Shown piece by piece: positions 39,555 to 48,653 of a DNA stretch of 64,000 nt. Origin of the DNA: an uncultured virus (IMG/VR IMGVR_UViG_3300030104_003133) (taxonomy: Duplodnaviria > Heunggongvirae > Uroviricota > Caudoviricetes). The DNA is taken from IMG/VR virus record IMGVR_UViG_3300030104_003133; one strand, 5' to 3'. Made by a program: the position numbers and the translations under genes. The stretch's first letter is position 1, and every line of letters starts with the position of its first letter. The notes under the pieces were generated by a model that had not been told where the DNA came from, did no database searches, and was given only the letters and a program-made list of their open reading frames with translations.

Positions 39555-40134
39555 GAAAAGAAAGGTATTGATAATAGGTGTAGGTGGAATAGGAAGTTAT
39601 TTGACTCCATTGTTACATAAGACAGGGTTGTATGATATACATATATCTGACCCTGATACTGTTGAAGTAAAGAATCTGTCTTATCAGAACTTCAACACTT
39701 CGCATATAGGTGCGAAGAAAGTAAGAGCGTTATTGGACTATGATGCCATAGGTAGCAGAAAAGAGTTTCCAATACTGACTCAAAACCAATTGAAGGGGTT
39801 TGATTTGATTGTTTGTTGTGCAGATAATTTAGATGTAAGACGATTGGTTTATAGGCAGGGCTTTCAAGATGATTGCACAAACAAGTGGTTAGATTTGAGA
39901 GCGCAAGGTAGGAATGGAGCATTAATCAGTTATTTGACTGACCCTAAACATTGCGATACATTTCTAGCAGGGCCAGACGGTTCATTCAGTTGTCAAGGTG
40001 AATCATTTGGTAAGACGTTAGATACGAAGGACATACACTTTACCCATGTAGCAGTAGCAGGTATGGCTGCACAATGGATGCAAAGATGGTTTAACGATGA
40101 GAATATTTTTGACAAAAGGATAGTGAATATATGA
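39547..40134 (+). CDS. ThiF/MoeB/E1-family adenylyltransferase
   Basis: GVGGIG, DPDTVEVKNLSYQ, CCADN, SCQ. Confidence 0.88.
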   Translation: MNKKRKVLIIGVGGIGSYLTPLLHKTGLYDIHISDPDTVEVKNLSYQNFNTSHIGAKKVRALLDYDAIGSRKEFPILTQNQLKGFDLIVCCADNLDVRRLVYRQGFQDDCTNKWLDLRAQGRNGALISYLTDPKHCDTFLAGPDGSFSCQGESFGKTLDTKDIHFTHVAVAGMAAQWMQRWFNDENIFDKRIVNI

Positions 40135-40775
40135 GAAATAAATCATGGACTAAAAAAGAAGAAGAGTTCCTTCTTGCACTAAGCAAAGAGGAAACAGATA
40201 GTGGCGAGAAGTTTCCCGCCTCAATTATTACCGTTCTGTTTAATGACCACTTCAACAGAATAGTAAAAGGTTGGAATGCTCGTTCACATGGAGCAATCCA
40301 AACAAAACTAAGAGAATTGATTAAGTTGGAAAAGACAAACCCTTCCAACATAACTGTCAAATTCAAAGCAAAGAAAGAAGAGGTCAAGAAGACACCAAGA
40401 GGTAAAAACGCTCATGGTGACGAACCTAATTCTGGTAGGTCATGGACACCTGCTGATGATGCGTATCTAGTACAGAATTATACTGCACATGATGATGCAC
40501 AGGATAAGGTAGCAAAGCATCTAGGTCGCTCTAGGAAGGCTTGTTACAATAGAATAAGGAGATTGAAGAATATGAACAAGATAGGTATGATAACTATGGG
40601 TTCAACCTTAGAATCATCAGATGATGAAACTGAAATTGAACACATGGTAGTACCAGAACAAAGACTACCTGTAACCCTGCTAGGATATTTGGTTCTGTGG
40701 TGGAGAAACAGGAGAAAGAATAAGATGATAATTAAAAGAAGAAAGTTAGAAGAACAACTAAGGAGATTGAGTTAA
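40131..40775 (+). CDS. Protein with two Myb-like HTH repeats
   Basis: SWTKKEE and SWTPADD..VAKHLGRS. Confidence 0.6.
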   Translation: MRNKSWTKKEEEFLLALSKEETDSGEKFPASIITVLFNDHFNRIVKGWNARSHGAIQTKLRELIKLEKTNPSNITVKFKAKKEEVKKTPRGKNAHGDEPNSGRSWTPADDAYLVQNYTAHDDAQDKVAKHLGRSRKACYNRIRRLKNMNKIGMITMGSTLESSDDETEIEHMVVPEQRLPVTLLGYLVLWWRNRRKNKMIIKRRKLEEQLRRLS

Positions 40776-41147
40776 ATGGCAAAAAAGTGGACTGAAGAAG
40801 AAGAGGATTTCTTGTTGGAAAACACGAATGAGAAAGTAGAAGTATTGGCAGAACAATTGGGTAGGTCTGTTGGTGCAGTAAAATCGAGGATTCGTAAACT
40901 GACACCTACTGTACCTGAACCTGATATGGATGATGAAAAAGAAGTGCGTGAGTCACTAATTGAATATGCAAACGAGTTGAAAGAGCAAGTTGAGGAGGAT
41001 ATTATGGAGGAGTCAAATGCTATTATACTCGATGATATAGGAGTAGATATTCCTGTTAAAGAACCAGAAAAGTCTGTAACTAGATTTACATGGATTTTAC
41101 TGTTGGCCGCAGGATTAGGTCTTGTATTGTATGGGGCGTATTATTGA
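40776..41147 (+). CDS. Myb-like HTH protein with C-terminal membrane anchor
   Basis: KWTEEEE..LAEQLGRS; hydrophobic tail. Confidence 0.6.
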   Translation: MAKKWTEEEEDFLLENTNEKVEVLAEQLGRSVGAVKSRIRKLTPTVPEPDMDDEKEVRESLIEYANELKEQVEEDIMEESNAIILDDIGVDIPVKEPEKSVTRFTWILLLAAGLGLVLYGAYY

Positions 41148-41611
41148 TGTATGAAGACTTAGAGGTTATGAAAGATAATTGGAGAGAACAGATTGAATCT
41201 GGCTTTAAGTGGAATAGAGAGATGTTATACTATGCTATATGGCAAATGTCTTTAACTGCCTTTGATAAGCCTAGAGAAGTTCAAGTCTTAATTGACGCAA
41301 ACGATAACACTTATATCTCCGTTGGTTCTCCGGGTTTTGTATCTTTTGATGGTCAAGATGAACAGTTATATGGGAAAGATAAACCTAAAATGAAGTTTCC
41401 CTTGAAAGAATGGATTCATACGCATCCATTTGGTAAAGCGTACTTTAGTGGTACTGATTTGAGAACTATTGCTATATATCGTAATCATATGAAGGAAGCA
41501 ACTGTTCTAGGAGAAAATGAAAGAATGGCTCTTAAGTTTGGTGTTGGACTTAACGGTGAAGACTATCAAGAATATGTTCAACACACTTTTATTGGAGATG
41601 AAGAAGAATGA
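41147..41611 (+). CDS. JAB/JAMM (MPN+) metalloprotease
   Basis: E...IHTHP-x5-FSGTD. Confidence 0.8.
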   Translation: MYEDLEVMKDNWREQIESGFKWNREMLYYAIWQMSLTAFDKPREVQVLIDANDNTYISVGSPGFVSFDGQDEQLYGKDKPKMKFPLKEWIHTHPFGKAYFSGTDLRTIAIYRNHMKEATVLGENERMALKFGVGLNGEDYQEYVQHTFIGDEEE

Positions 41612-42060
41612 AGAAATGGATGAGTTTAATGATTGTATGTACTTTGTTGGCAGGTTGTGCTGATGCTATACCAGACCCAACAGATGTATATGATGAAGAA
41701 GAAGCGATTCAAAAGGAATGGCAAACAATGACTGGTGAATTTACACTTGTGTTAGAGAATAATAGCACTTTGGTTCATGCACCTGAGATGTGGTTAGATA
41801 CCAATAAAACATATGGATTGATTGAGTTAGCCAGTTTCAATTACACGGCAGAACATCTAAGTTTTGTAGTTGATAACAACTCAGTTATATTCCACAACTA
41901 TACCTTCAATATGAAGGGACACTTAGTTCAAGACAGTTACATTTGGTCTGAGGGATTAGCACCTGAATTTGGTAATGCAACATTACATTTTGCAGCATTC
42001 CCATTTGATGTGACTGTTGAATATGAAATAACATACAGGATTTGGGATGGCCGAGAATGA
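41608..42060 (+). CDS. Putative lipoprotein
   Basis: Signal peptide with LLAGC lipobox; several N-x-S/T sequons. Confidence 0.65.
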   Translation: MKKWMSLMIVCTLLAGCADAIPDPTDVYDEEEAIQKEWQTMTGEFTLVLENNSTLVHAPEMWLDTNKTYGLIELASFNYTAEHLSFVVDNNSVIFHNYTFNMKGHLVQDSYIWSEGLAPEFGNATLHFAAFPFDVTVEYEITYRIWDGRE

Positions 42061-42470
42061 GTGCTATAACCGTTAAATTCCCTGCTCCGTTACCTGCGGA
42101 GATACCATGCCCTATTTGTAGATACGAAGAGGGTAAGAGAGGAAAAGGTTGTATTGCTTGTGAGTTTGAAGGTAAAATCAATCTAACTGTTGATGCTAAG
42201 ATACCAATACAAAGGGCGCATATTATACAGTATGTGGCTAATAACATGAGTGCGGTATCTCAAGAATTGACACGACTATACGGATTAGTACCAAAGGTAG
42301 AAACTACTGAGGTAATAGAAACTGAGATGGGTCATTTTGAGATTGTTCAAGTAAGTAGTTTGGGTGGAGCAGTTTGGATAGCAAATAGGCTTGATGAACT
42401 TGCTGCCCCAAAATACTTGTTCAGTCATCAAGATTTAGAAATATTCAAGGGAGGATTTGAAGTTGAATAA
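42057..42470 (+). CDS. Zinc-finger protein
   Basis: CPIC..G..GCIACEFEG. Confidence 0.5.
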   Translation: MSAITVKFPAPLPAEIPCPICRYEEGKRGKGCIACEFEGKINLTVDAKIPIQRAHIIQYVANNMSAVSQELTRLYGLVPKVETTEVIETEMGHFEIVQVSSLGGAVWIANRLDELAAPKYLFSHQDLEIFKGGFEVE

Positions 42471-42714
42471 TGAAAAGATAATAGCAAGAATCCCTAGAAA
42501 TGCTAATGATGAATTAGTTATTAGGACTGCTAATACATGGAACATTGATATCGTAGATATGAGATGGTACAATAATGGCAATCCTACTCGAAAGGGATTA
42601 AGAGTAAATATAGAAGAGTGCAAGACATTAGTTAAAGCATTAAGAAAAGCAATAGGTGATAAAAATGGAAACAATAAATTCGATGAAGAAGAGAGTAAAG
42701 AGGATGTTGAGTGA
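42457..42714 (+). CDS. PC4/YdbC-like ssDNA-binding protein
   Basis: VDMRWY...PTRKGLRV. Confidence 0.75.
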   Translation: MKLNNEKIIARIPRNANDELVIRTANTWNIDIVDMRWYNNGNPTRKGLRVNIEECKTLVKALRKAIGDKNGNNKFDEEESKEDVE

Positions 42715-42904
42715 GGGAACTCATGTATCTCCTGAAGTCTACACTAAACTAGTACAGGTTAGTGAAGGCTATGTTAACCAACTAGTAGCAACAACAGTAA
42801 TCTGTTTTAAGAAAGATGAGAAGGCTAGTAGGTTGAATGAGAATCATGTCTTTGAGGCATATTTTATTCTGTCTGGTCTTCTGAAATCAGAAGAAGAGGC
42901 ATAG
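42665..42904 (+). CDS. Histone-fold protein
   Basis: Helix-VS-long helix-RLNENHV pattern like archaeal HMf. Confidence 0.55.
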   Translation: METINSMKKRVKRMLSEGTHVSPEVYTKLVQVSEGYVNQLVATTVICFKKDEKASRLNENHVFEAYFILSGLLKSEEEA

Positions 42905-42972
42905 CCAATGGAAGGAGTATTAGTCGTACTTTTCTTCTATTGGATTTGGAAGACTATTAGGAGGCCATATGA

Positions 42973-44529
42973 ATGACATTAGAAAAATTAGCAAGAATGT
43001 GTGAAGTATTAGAAAACCAGACTCCAACGATGAAAGTAAATACAATTGTTGGAGCCATGCCTTCATTTGATGATAAGGCTAGACTTATGTATATTCTATC
43101 TATGGAATATAACATAAACAACATAGGTAACAAAAGAGCGATAACTTGGATTGCAGAATCACTAGGTCTGTTTGAAGACGAAGTAGAATCAGCAGTCCAT
43201 ACATGGGGAGATATCGGAGAAGCAGTCTATGAAATAGACGAGGGAAATGAGAAGGATTCAGATATATCTTTGAATACACTAATACAGTTATTGGAGAACG
43301 ATTGTTCTTCGATGAGTAGTAATTCGTTTACTATATTCAAAGAGCATCTGAACAAGATGAGTGCTAGAGAAAAGAAATGGTTTCTTAGGTACTGGTTGAG
43401 GACTCCTAGAAATGGAGTTAATAATAAAATACCTTTGAAAGCGATGGCTAAATACTATGGCAAAGGTATCAAAGAAGTAGAGAAGTATGCTAGGTTCAAC
43501 AAAGCACATGAGATATGTGTAGCATTAGATAATGATGAAGAACCAGATTGTAAGTTAGTACACGGACAGTTTGTTAAGCCAATGTTAGCAAAGGCCAAGA
43601 AAGAAACTGATGTTGTATCTGACCCAATCATTGATATCAAGTATGATGGAAATAGGTATCAGATTCACCACTCATATATATCAGAGATGAATGCTCACTC
43701 TACTATAATATTCAACAGAAAGGGTAATGTTGTAACTAACCAATTCCCCGATGTTGTAGATATAGTGCGAAGTATGAACCTACCTAATATCATATTGGAT
43801 TGTGAAATATATCCAGTTGATATGCAAGGTAATCCTGCTGAACATAAATTACTAGCAAAGCGTGTTCATAAGAAGAATAAAGATGAGGCAATGCAAGAGT
43901 GTCCTGTTAAGTTAGCAGTATTCGATTTGTTGTCTTACAATGCTAATGTTATGTTAGACGAACCGCAAAGAAACAGGATGACTGCACTAAAGGAAATCAT
44001 AGAACCTGAATATCAGACTTATGTATTCTCTTCTGATACAACAATAGAGAGTGCATATAGAACTGCCATTGATTTAGGATTTGAGGGTATCATGATAAAA
44101 GACCCTACATTACCATATCAATCAGGGAAGAGAAGTAAAGGATGGTTGAAACACAAGCCACCACGATTCAATTATGATGTGGTGATAACATCTGCATCAT
44201 ATGGTGATGGTAAAAGAAGTCATGTGTATGGTGCTTATGGTATATCTGTAAAAGATGGTTCTGATTATGTATCTGTTGGTAAAGTCGGTACTGGTTTCAG
44301 CGATTATGATTTAGAGTGGCTAACCACAGAATTGAGAAAGAATGTAGAATCCTTTTCGGGTGACGTTATGCATTTCTTACCACGCATTGTGCTTGAGGTA
44401 ACGTGTGACTTAGTTACCACAGACTCGAATAATAACATTGGTCTGCGTTTTCCACGATGTATCAGAATTAGAAAAGATAAGTACGCTTCTGAAGTTGATA
44501 CGCTAGATACCTTGAAGGAGGCAATGTAA
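42973..44529 (+). CDS. lig: ATP-dependent DNA ligase
   Basis: KYDGNR, EGIMIK, WLKHK, LRFPR. Confidence 0.95.
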   Translation: MTLEKLARMCEVLENQTPTMKVNTIVGAMPSFDDKARLMYILSMEYNINNIGNKRAITWIAESLGLFEDEVESAVHTWGDIGEAVYEIDEGNEKDSDISLNTLIQLLENDCSSMSSNSFTIFKEHLNKMSAREKKWFLRYWLRTPRNGVNNKIPLKAMAKYYGKGIKEVEKYARFNKAHEICVALDNDEEPDCKLVHGQFVKPMLAKAKKETDVVSDPIIDIKYDGNRYQIHHSYISEMNAHSTIIFNRKGNVVTNQFPDVVDIVRSMNLPNIILDCEIYPVDMQGNPAEHKLLAKRVHKKNKDEAMQECPVKLAVFDLLSYNANVMLDEPQRNRMTALKEIIEPEYQTYVFSSDTTIESAYRTAIDLGFEGIMIKDPTLPYQSGKRSKGWLKHKPPRFNYDVVITSASYGDGKRSHVYGAYGISVKDGSDYVSVGKVGTGFSDYDLEWLTTELRKNVESFSGDVMHFLPRIVLEVTCDLVTTDSNNNIGLRFPRCIRIRKDKYASEVDTLDTLKEAM

Positions 44530-45030
44530 TTGATTAAAGCCGGGTCAATGACCCTTATAGACGCTATACCTTATAATTGTGTAAAAATAGAGGGTAAAGT
44601 GGCCTATTTGAAGAGGGTCGGTGATGAAACTAGGGGTCGCTTCAAAAAAATGGATGCTAAATTGGTTCCCTATGTAAACGAAAAAGATGTATTAATCGTT
44701 CCAAAGCCTCCACCAGTCAATAGAAAGCGTATGTCTAGGTTTCACTTTATGAAAGTAATCAAAGAAGCAACTGAATTACCGCTTTCACATGATTTGGCTT
44801 ATTATGTGGCTGAACATCTTGAATCGTTAGTTTATTCATTAGCAACCAAAGCAGAAGAGAATGCTCTTATTCATGGAGATGATAGAATAACGGCGGCTCA
44901 TTGGTATCACCTTGAATTATCCCCTCAACAGGGTAATGGTAAATGGGATGAAAACCGTGAGTACGCAAAGGACTATAAGGAACATCTGATTACTGAGCAA
45001 ATGAAACCGGAGGAAATAGAAGATGTATGA
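44530..45030 (+). CDS. Histone-fold protein with an N-terminal extra domain
   Basis: KVIKEATELPLSHD..AEENALIHGDDRITAAH. Confidence 0.6.
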   Translation: MIKAGSMTLIDAIPYNCVKIEGKVAYLKRVGDETRGRFKKMDAKLVPYVNEKDVLIVPKPPPVNRKRMSRFHFMKVIKEATELPLSHDLAYYVAEHLESLVYSLATKAEENALIHGDDRITAAHWYHLELSPQQGNGKWDENREYAKDYKEHLITEQMKPEEIEDV

Positions 45031-45355
45031 TATTGATATTAGAGAAATAGTTTCTAAATATGGTGGGTGTGATTTAATTAGATTTATGTTCTATGCTGAA
45101 CCGGGACATAGGGACTTAGCAATATTAAAATCAGGAATAGATGATATTTACAAACATCCATATTATGTAGGTATAAAAGAAATAACAGAAGAAGATGCTA
45201 GAACCTTTGATGTTAAACGTGGATGGTTAATCTCTTTTGTATTTAGTTTTGATATAAAAGAATATAAAATGGCTGAGTGGATATCACAAGGTTTAGATGA
45301 ATTGCGTGTTAAACACGATTTAATAGAAGTTAGGGAGATAGTTAGTAATGTATAA
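45023..45355 (+). CDS. Hypothetical protein
   Basis: Coupled ORF. Confidence 0.5.
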   Translation: MYDIDIREIVSKYGGCDLIRFMFYAEPGHRDLAILKSGIDDIYKHPYYVGIKEITEEDARTFDVKRGWLISFVFSFDIKEYKMAEWISQGLDELRVKHDLIEVREIVSNV

Positions 45356-45746
45356 TGATGACCAATTGGTAGGAATTTTAATCTCTATTGCCAAGCCTGA
45401 GATTCATGTATCAAGGGCAGATAATACTAACATAGGTTATAGAGTTAGAGTTAGAGTTAACATGAGAGGGTCTGAGTCTTTTCTATTAGGTGTCAATAGA
45501 ACACTAGAACAGAAAGGTATTGACTCGAAGTATAAATCTGAGGAACACAAAAGCAGACCAAGACCGATATTGACTATTGGTGGTATTGTAAATATATGGA
45601 AACTGATTCAATTGGTTCCAGAAACACTACCGGATGCAAAGGACTGTTGGGGAGAACTTAGAGAGATAATTAAAATAATAGATAGTGGAGAACATCATAC
45701 TCTAGAAGGACTGGATAAGATACTTAGGTTGAAGGGAGAGATATGA
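45348..45746 (+). CDS. Degenerate single-domain LAGLIDADG-like protein
   Basis: GYRVRVRV and HHTLEGLDKI patterns; acidic catalytic residue missing (LVGILISIAK). Confidence 0.5.
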   Translation: MYNDDQLVGILISIAKPEIHVSRADNTNIGYRVRVRVNMRGSESFLLGVNRTLEQKGIDSKYKSEEHKSRPRPILTIGGIVNIWKLIQLVPETLPDAKDCWGELREIIKIIDSGEHHTLEGLDKILRLKGEI

Positions 45747-45958
45747 TGAATCATCCAGATGAAGAAGACATAGCCATTTTAGAAACTGTAACATATGAAA
45801 CATTGAGAAAAGGATGCAAAGAATGTGGCTTTCGCCATGTTGTATTTCAGACTTGTATTAGTGTTGAGAAAGATGTAAAGGTTTTCTTCATGAATATAGA
45901 GTGTCCTATGTGTAAAAATGATTATACTGAAATAATGCATATGAAGGAGATAGAATGA
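45743..45958 (+). CDS. Zinc-ribbon protein
   Basis: CKECG..CPMC. Confidence 0.55.
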   Translation: MMNHPDEEDIAILETVTYETLRKGCKECGFRHVVFQTCISVEKDVKVFFMNIECPMCKNDYTEIMHMKEIE

Positions 45959-46791
45959 TAATAGGAATAAACAAAGAAAGACCAATAATAATAGTAGGCA
46001 AAGAAGGTACAGACAAGAAGAAACAAGCACTTGCGTTATTTGATGACCCAATTGTAAAGTACGCTAACGAATATGATGTGATAGACAATTACAGTATTCC
46101 TCTTGATAGAGGTATTGTAATATTGGAGGCTAACTTCAAACCTAACACAGACTTGATTGTAGATACACTATTGAAATATCGAGGTAAGGTTGTTCTAACA
46201 TCGGCAAACCAAAAGGACGTACCTAAGAAAATATTCTCTCTTTGTAAATTGAAGAGAGCAGGTAAATCTAAATTACAGACAAGAATAAAAATGATTGCTC
46301 CTAATTCAGATGAACCTGAAGATTACTTCAAAAATGTGTTTGAGATTACTCATGATTTCTTGAAGAATCAAGACCGTGAAGATGTAGCACTAAAACTGAA
46401 ATTGAATAAACCACCAGATGTTCAGATTTTATCATGGTTAGTCGCCAACATACATCCGAATAAGTTAGCCTACATTGATGCGAAAGTGAAGAGAAGATGG
46501 TCACAAGACTACTTTTACGAATTGTTGGCGTACTCTCATAATGGAAAACTTGCCCGTAGTGCAACCATTCCATCAAAGAGAGCCTATGATAAGGATGCTC
46601 AGATATGCAGAAAGATTGGCTTGAAAAGCCATGAGAAGTATATTCTAGAGCAGTTGAAACAAGACCCTGAGTTTGTAAAGTACATGAAAGGAAAACTAAA
46701 CAATGTGCAAAAGCGTAGGGCAAAGATACCAGATAAGGTATCTAAAATTAAGAAGAAAGATAAACAAATTGGATTAGATAATTGGATGTGA
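45955..46791 (+). CDS. Clamp-loader large-subunit-like protein (degenerate ATPase)
   Basis: GKEGTDKK P-loop remnant; PIP-like QIGLDNWM tail; adjacent to RFC small. Confidence 0.6.
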   Translation: MIIGINKERPIIIVGKEGTDKKKQALALFDDPIVKYANEYDVIDNYSIPLDRGIVILEANFKPNTDLIVDTLLKYRGKVVLTSANQKDVPKKIFSLCKLKRAGKSKLQTRIKMIAPNSDEPEDYFKNVFEITHDFLKNQDREDVALKLKLNKPPDVQILSWLVANIHPNKLAYIDAKVKRRWSQDYFYELLAYSHNGKLARSATIPSKRAYDKDAQICRKIGLKSHEKYILEQLKQDPEFVKYMKGKLNNVQKRRAKIPDKVSKIKKKDKQIGLDNWM

Positions 46792-46797
46792 ATAATT

Positions 46798-47703
46798 ATG
46801 TTATGGACAGAAAAGTATAGACCGCAGACACTAGAAGAAATCTTAGGACAAGATAAGTTTGTTAGTGATGCGAAACATTGGAAAGAAGGAATGCCTAATC
46901 TTCTTCTCTACGGAGAAGCAGGTGTAGGTAAAACTGCGGCAGCAGGTGTAATAGCAAACTTTGTTTTGGGTGAAGATAAAGAATCAAATTTCTTTGAAAT
47001 CAATGCGTCTGATGATAGACGACTTGAAGTAGTTAGAACTACAATCAAAGAGATTTCTTCAGCCATGAAGATAGGCAATGTACCGCACAAAGTAATCTTA
47101 TTAGACGAAATGGACGGTATGACTCCTGATGCTCAGAATGCATTGAAGAGGCTTATGGAACGTTATAGTTCCAATGTTCGTTTCATCATAACGTGTAACC
47201 ATAGACACAAGATAATCTATCCTTTGCAGTCGAGATGTGCAAACTATGGTTTTACACGGCTCTCGGATGAAGAGATTAAGACGGCATTAGATAGAATACT
47301 TGATTTTCAGGGGATTTCTCATATAGAATCTTCCCAGTTGGAAGAGTTTATAGGCACTCTCAATGGTGATTTAAGACGAGGGATTACCGAATTACAGGCT
47401 TCTGTTTCGAGCAATACCCCGTTATCAATGCAAATAGAAAGAATGCAACAACCTTACAATGAATTGTTAGAACACATTCTAAATGACCAATACGAATTAG
47501 CCCTCAAACAAATGCACAATATGATACATATGTCGGTAGACATGAAAACGATTTGTATAGGAATGCATGATGTTGTAGTTAAGAAAAGTCTGCCAACGCC
47601 TAAGAAGTTCAAGTATCTAAGAGTGATAGGTGAAAGTGAATGGAGAAGCACAAACATGACTCCTAAAGTTTTGGCAGCATGGATGATAGGACAGTTGATT
47701 TAG
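46798..47703 (+). CDS. rfcS: Replication factor C small subunit
   Basis: WTEKYRP, GVGKT, NASD, LDEMD, SRC. Confidence 0.93.
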   Translation: MLWTEKYRPQTLEEILGQDKFVSDAKHWKEGMPNLLLYGEAGVGKTAAAGVIANFVLGEDKESNFFEINASDDRRLEVVRTTIKEISSAMKIGNVPHKVILLDEMDGMTPDAQNALKRLMERYSSNVRFIITCNHRHKIIYPLQSRCANYGFTRLSDEEIKTALDRILDFQGISHIESSQLEEFIGTLNGDLRRGITELQASVSSNTPLSMQIERMQQPYNELLEHILNDQYELALKQMHNMIHMSVDMKTICIGMHDVVVKKSLPTPKKFKYLRVIGESEWRSTNMTPKVLAAWMIGQLI

Positions 47704-47973
47704 ATGAAGATATTTGATTTAAACAATGATGGGGTAATAGACAGGCATGATGTAAAGAAAGCAATCATGCGATATGAGTGGATTGTTGTTACAGGATTAC
47801 TCCTAACAATAGTCCCAATGTTAAACGTGTTAGGTTATACTAACATAGATTCAGATTTCTTTTGGGCGTTAGCAGGTTTATGTTTAACGGTTGAAGGAAT
47901 CATAGAACTTTACTATGAACAAAAGTATTGGGATAAAATGAATGAACAATTAGCAACGGAGGAAGAGAGATGA
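47704..47973 (+). CDS. Small membrane protein with an EF-hand-like loop
   Basis: DLNNDGVID and two hydrophobic segments. Confidence 0.55.
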   Translation: MKIFDLNNDGVIDRHDVKKAIMRYEWIVVTGLLLTIVPMLNVLGYTNIDSDFFWALAGLCLTVEGIIELYYEQKYWDKMNEQLATEEER

Positions 47974-48320
47974 ACTTTGATGAGTATCAAAAAGAAGCGA
48001 AGACATTCGCAATATACCCAATAGATATGAACATCATTTATCCATCTTTAGGGCTTTGTGGGGAAAGCGGTGAAGTTGCTGAGAAAGTTAAAAAATGGAT
48101 TCGTGATGACGGATTCATAAAGACAATGATGGCTAACCAACCGAGGATGGCTCCAAGAACGTATGAGATAGAAAAAGAATTAGGGGATGTTCTTTGGTAT
48201 CTAGCAAACTTGGCTACTGATTTGGGCCTAAGTCTAGGAGCAATAGCACAACTGAATCTAGATAAGTTGGAAGATAGAAAGAAAAGAGATGTGATTAAAG
48301 GAGAAGGTGATGATAGATGA
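47970..48320 (+). CDS. MazG-like NTP pyrophosphohydrolase
   Basis: GESGEVAEKVKK, ELGDVLWY, GDDR. Confidence 0.85.
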   Translation: MNFDEYQKEAKTFAIYPIDMNIIYPSLGLCGESGEVAEKVKKWIRDDGFIKTMMANQPRMAPRTYEIEKELGDVLWYLANLATDLGLSLGAIAQLNLDKLEDRKKRDVIKGEGDDR

Positions 48321-48653
48321 AGATAAGAATACCGAAAGAAATGTATGACAAAATAAGTAATTGGGCTTTGGAGAATGATATGACATTCGATGAGGCTATT
48401 TTGCTTTGTTTTAAGATAGGAGAGGCAGTTGAAGCAACTGATTATAGGGGAGCAATGCAACCTGCATGGTCGCCTCAATATGAGCCTCCAAAAGAGGATG
48501 GAGAGTTATGAGAGTAACATTGACATTAGAGAATAGTAGACAGACAACTCTTGAAGAGTTTGGATTTGTATTTGAGTGATTTGATGAAATGGTCTGAATA
48601 CTTTAGGTTAAAGAAAGAATATAAAAAGAAAAGAAAATATTGGAAGTGAAAAT

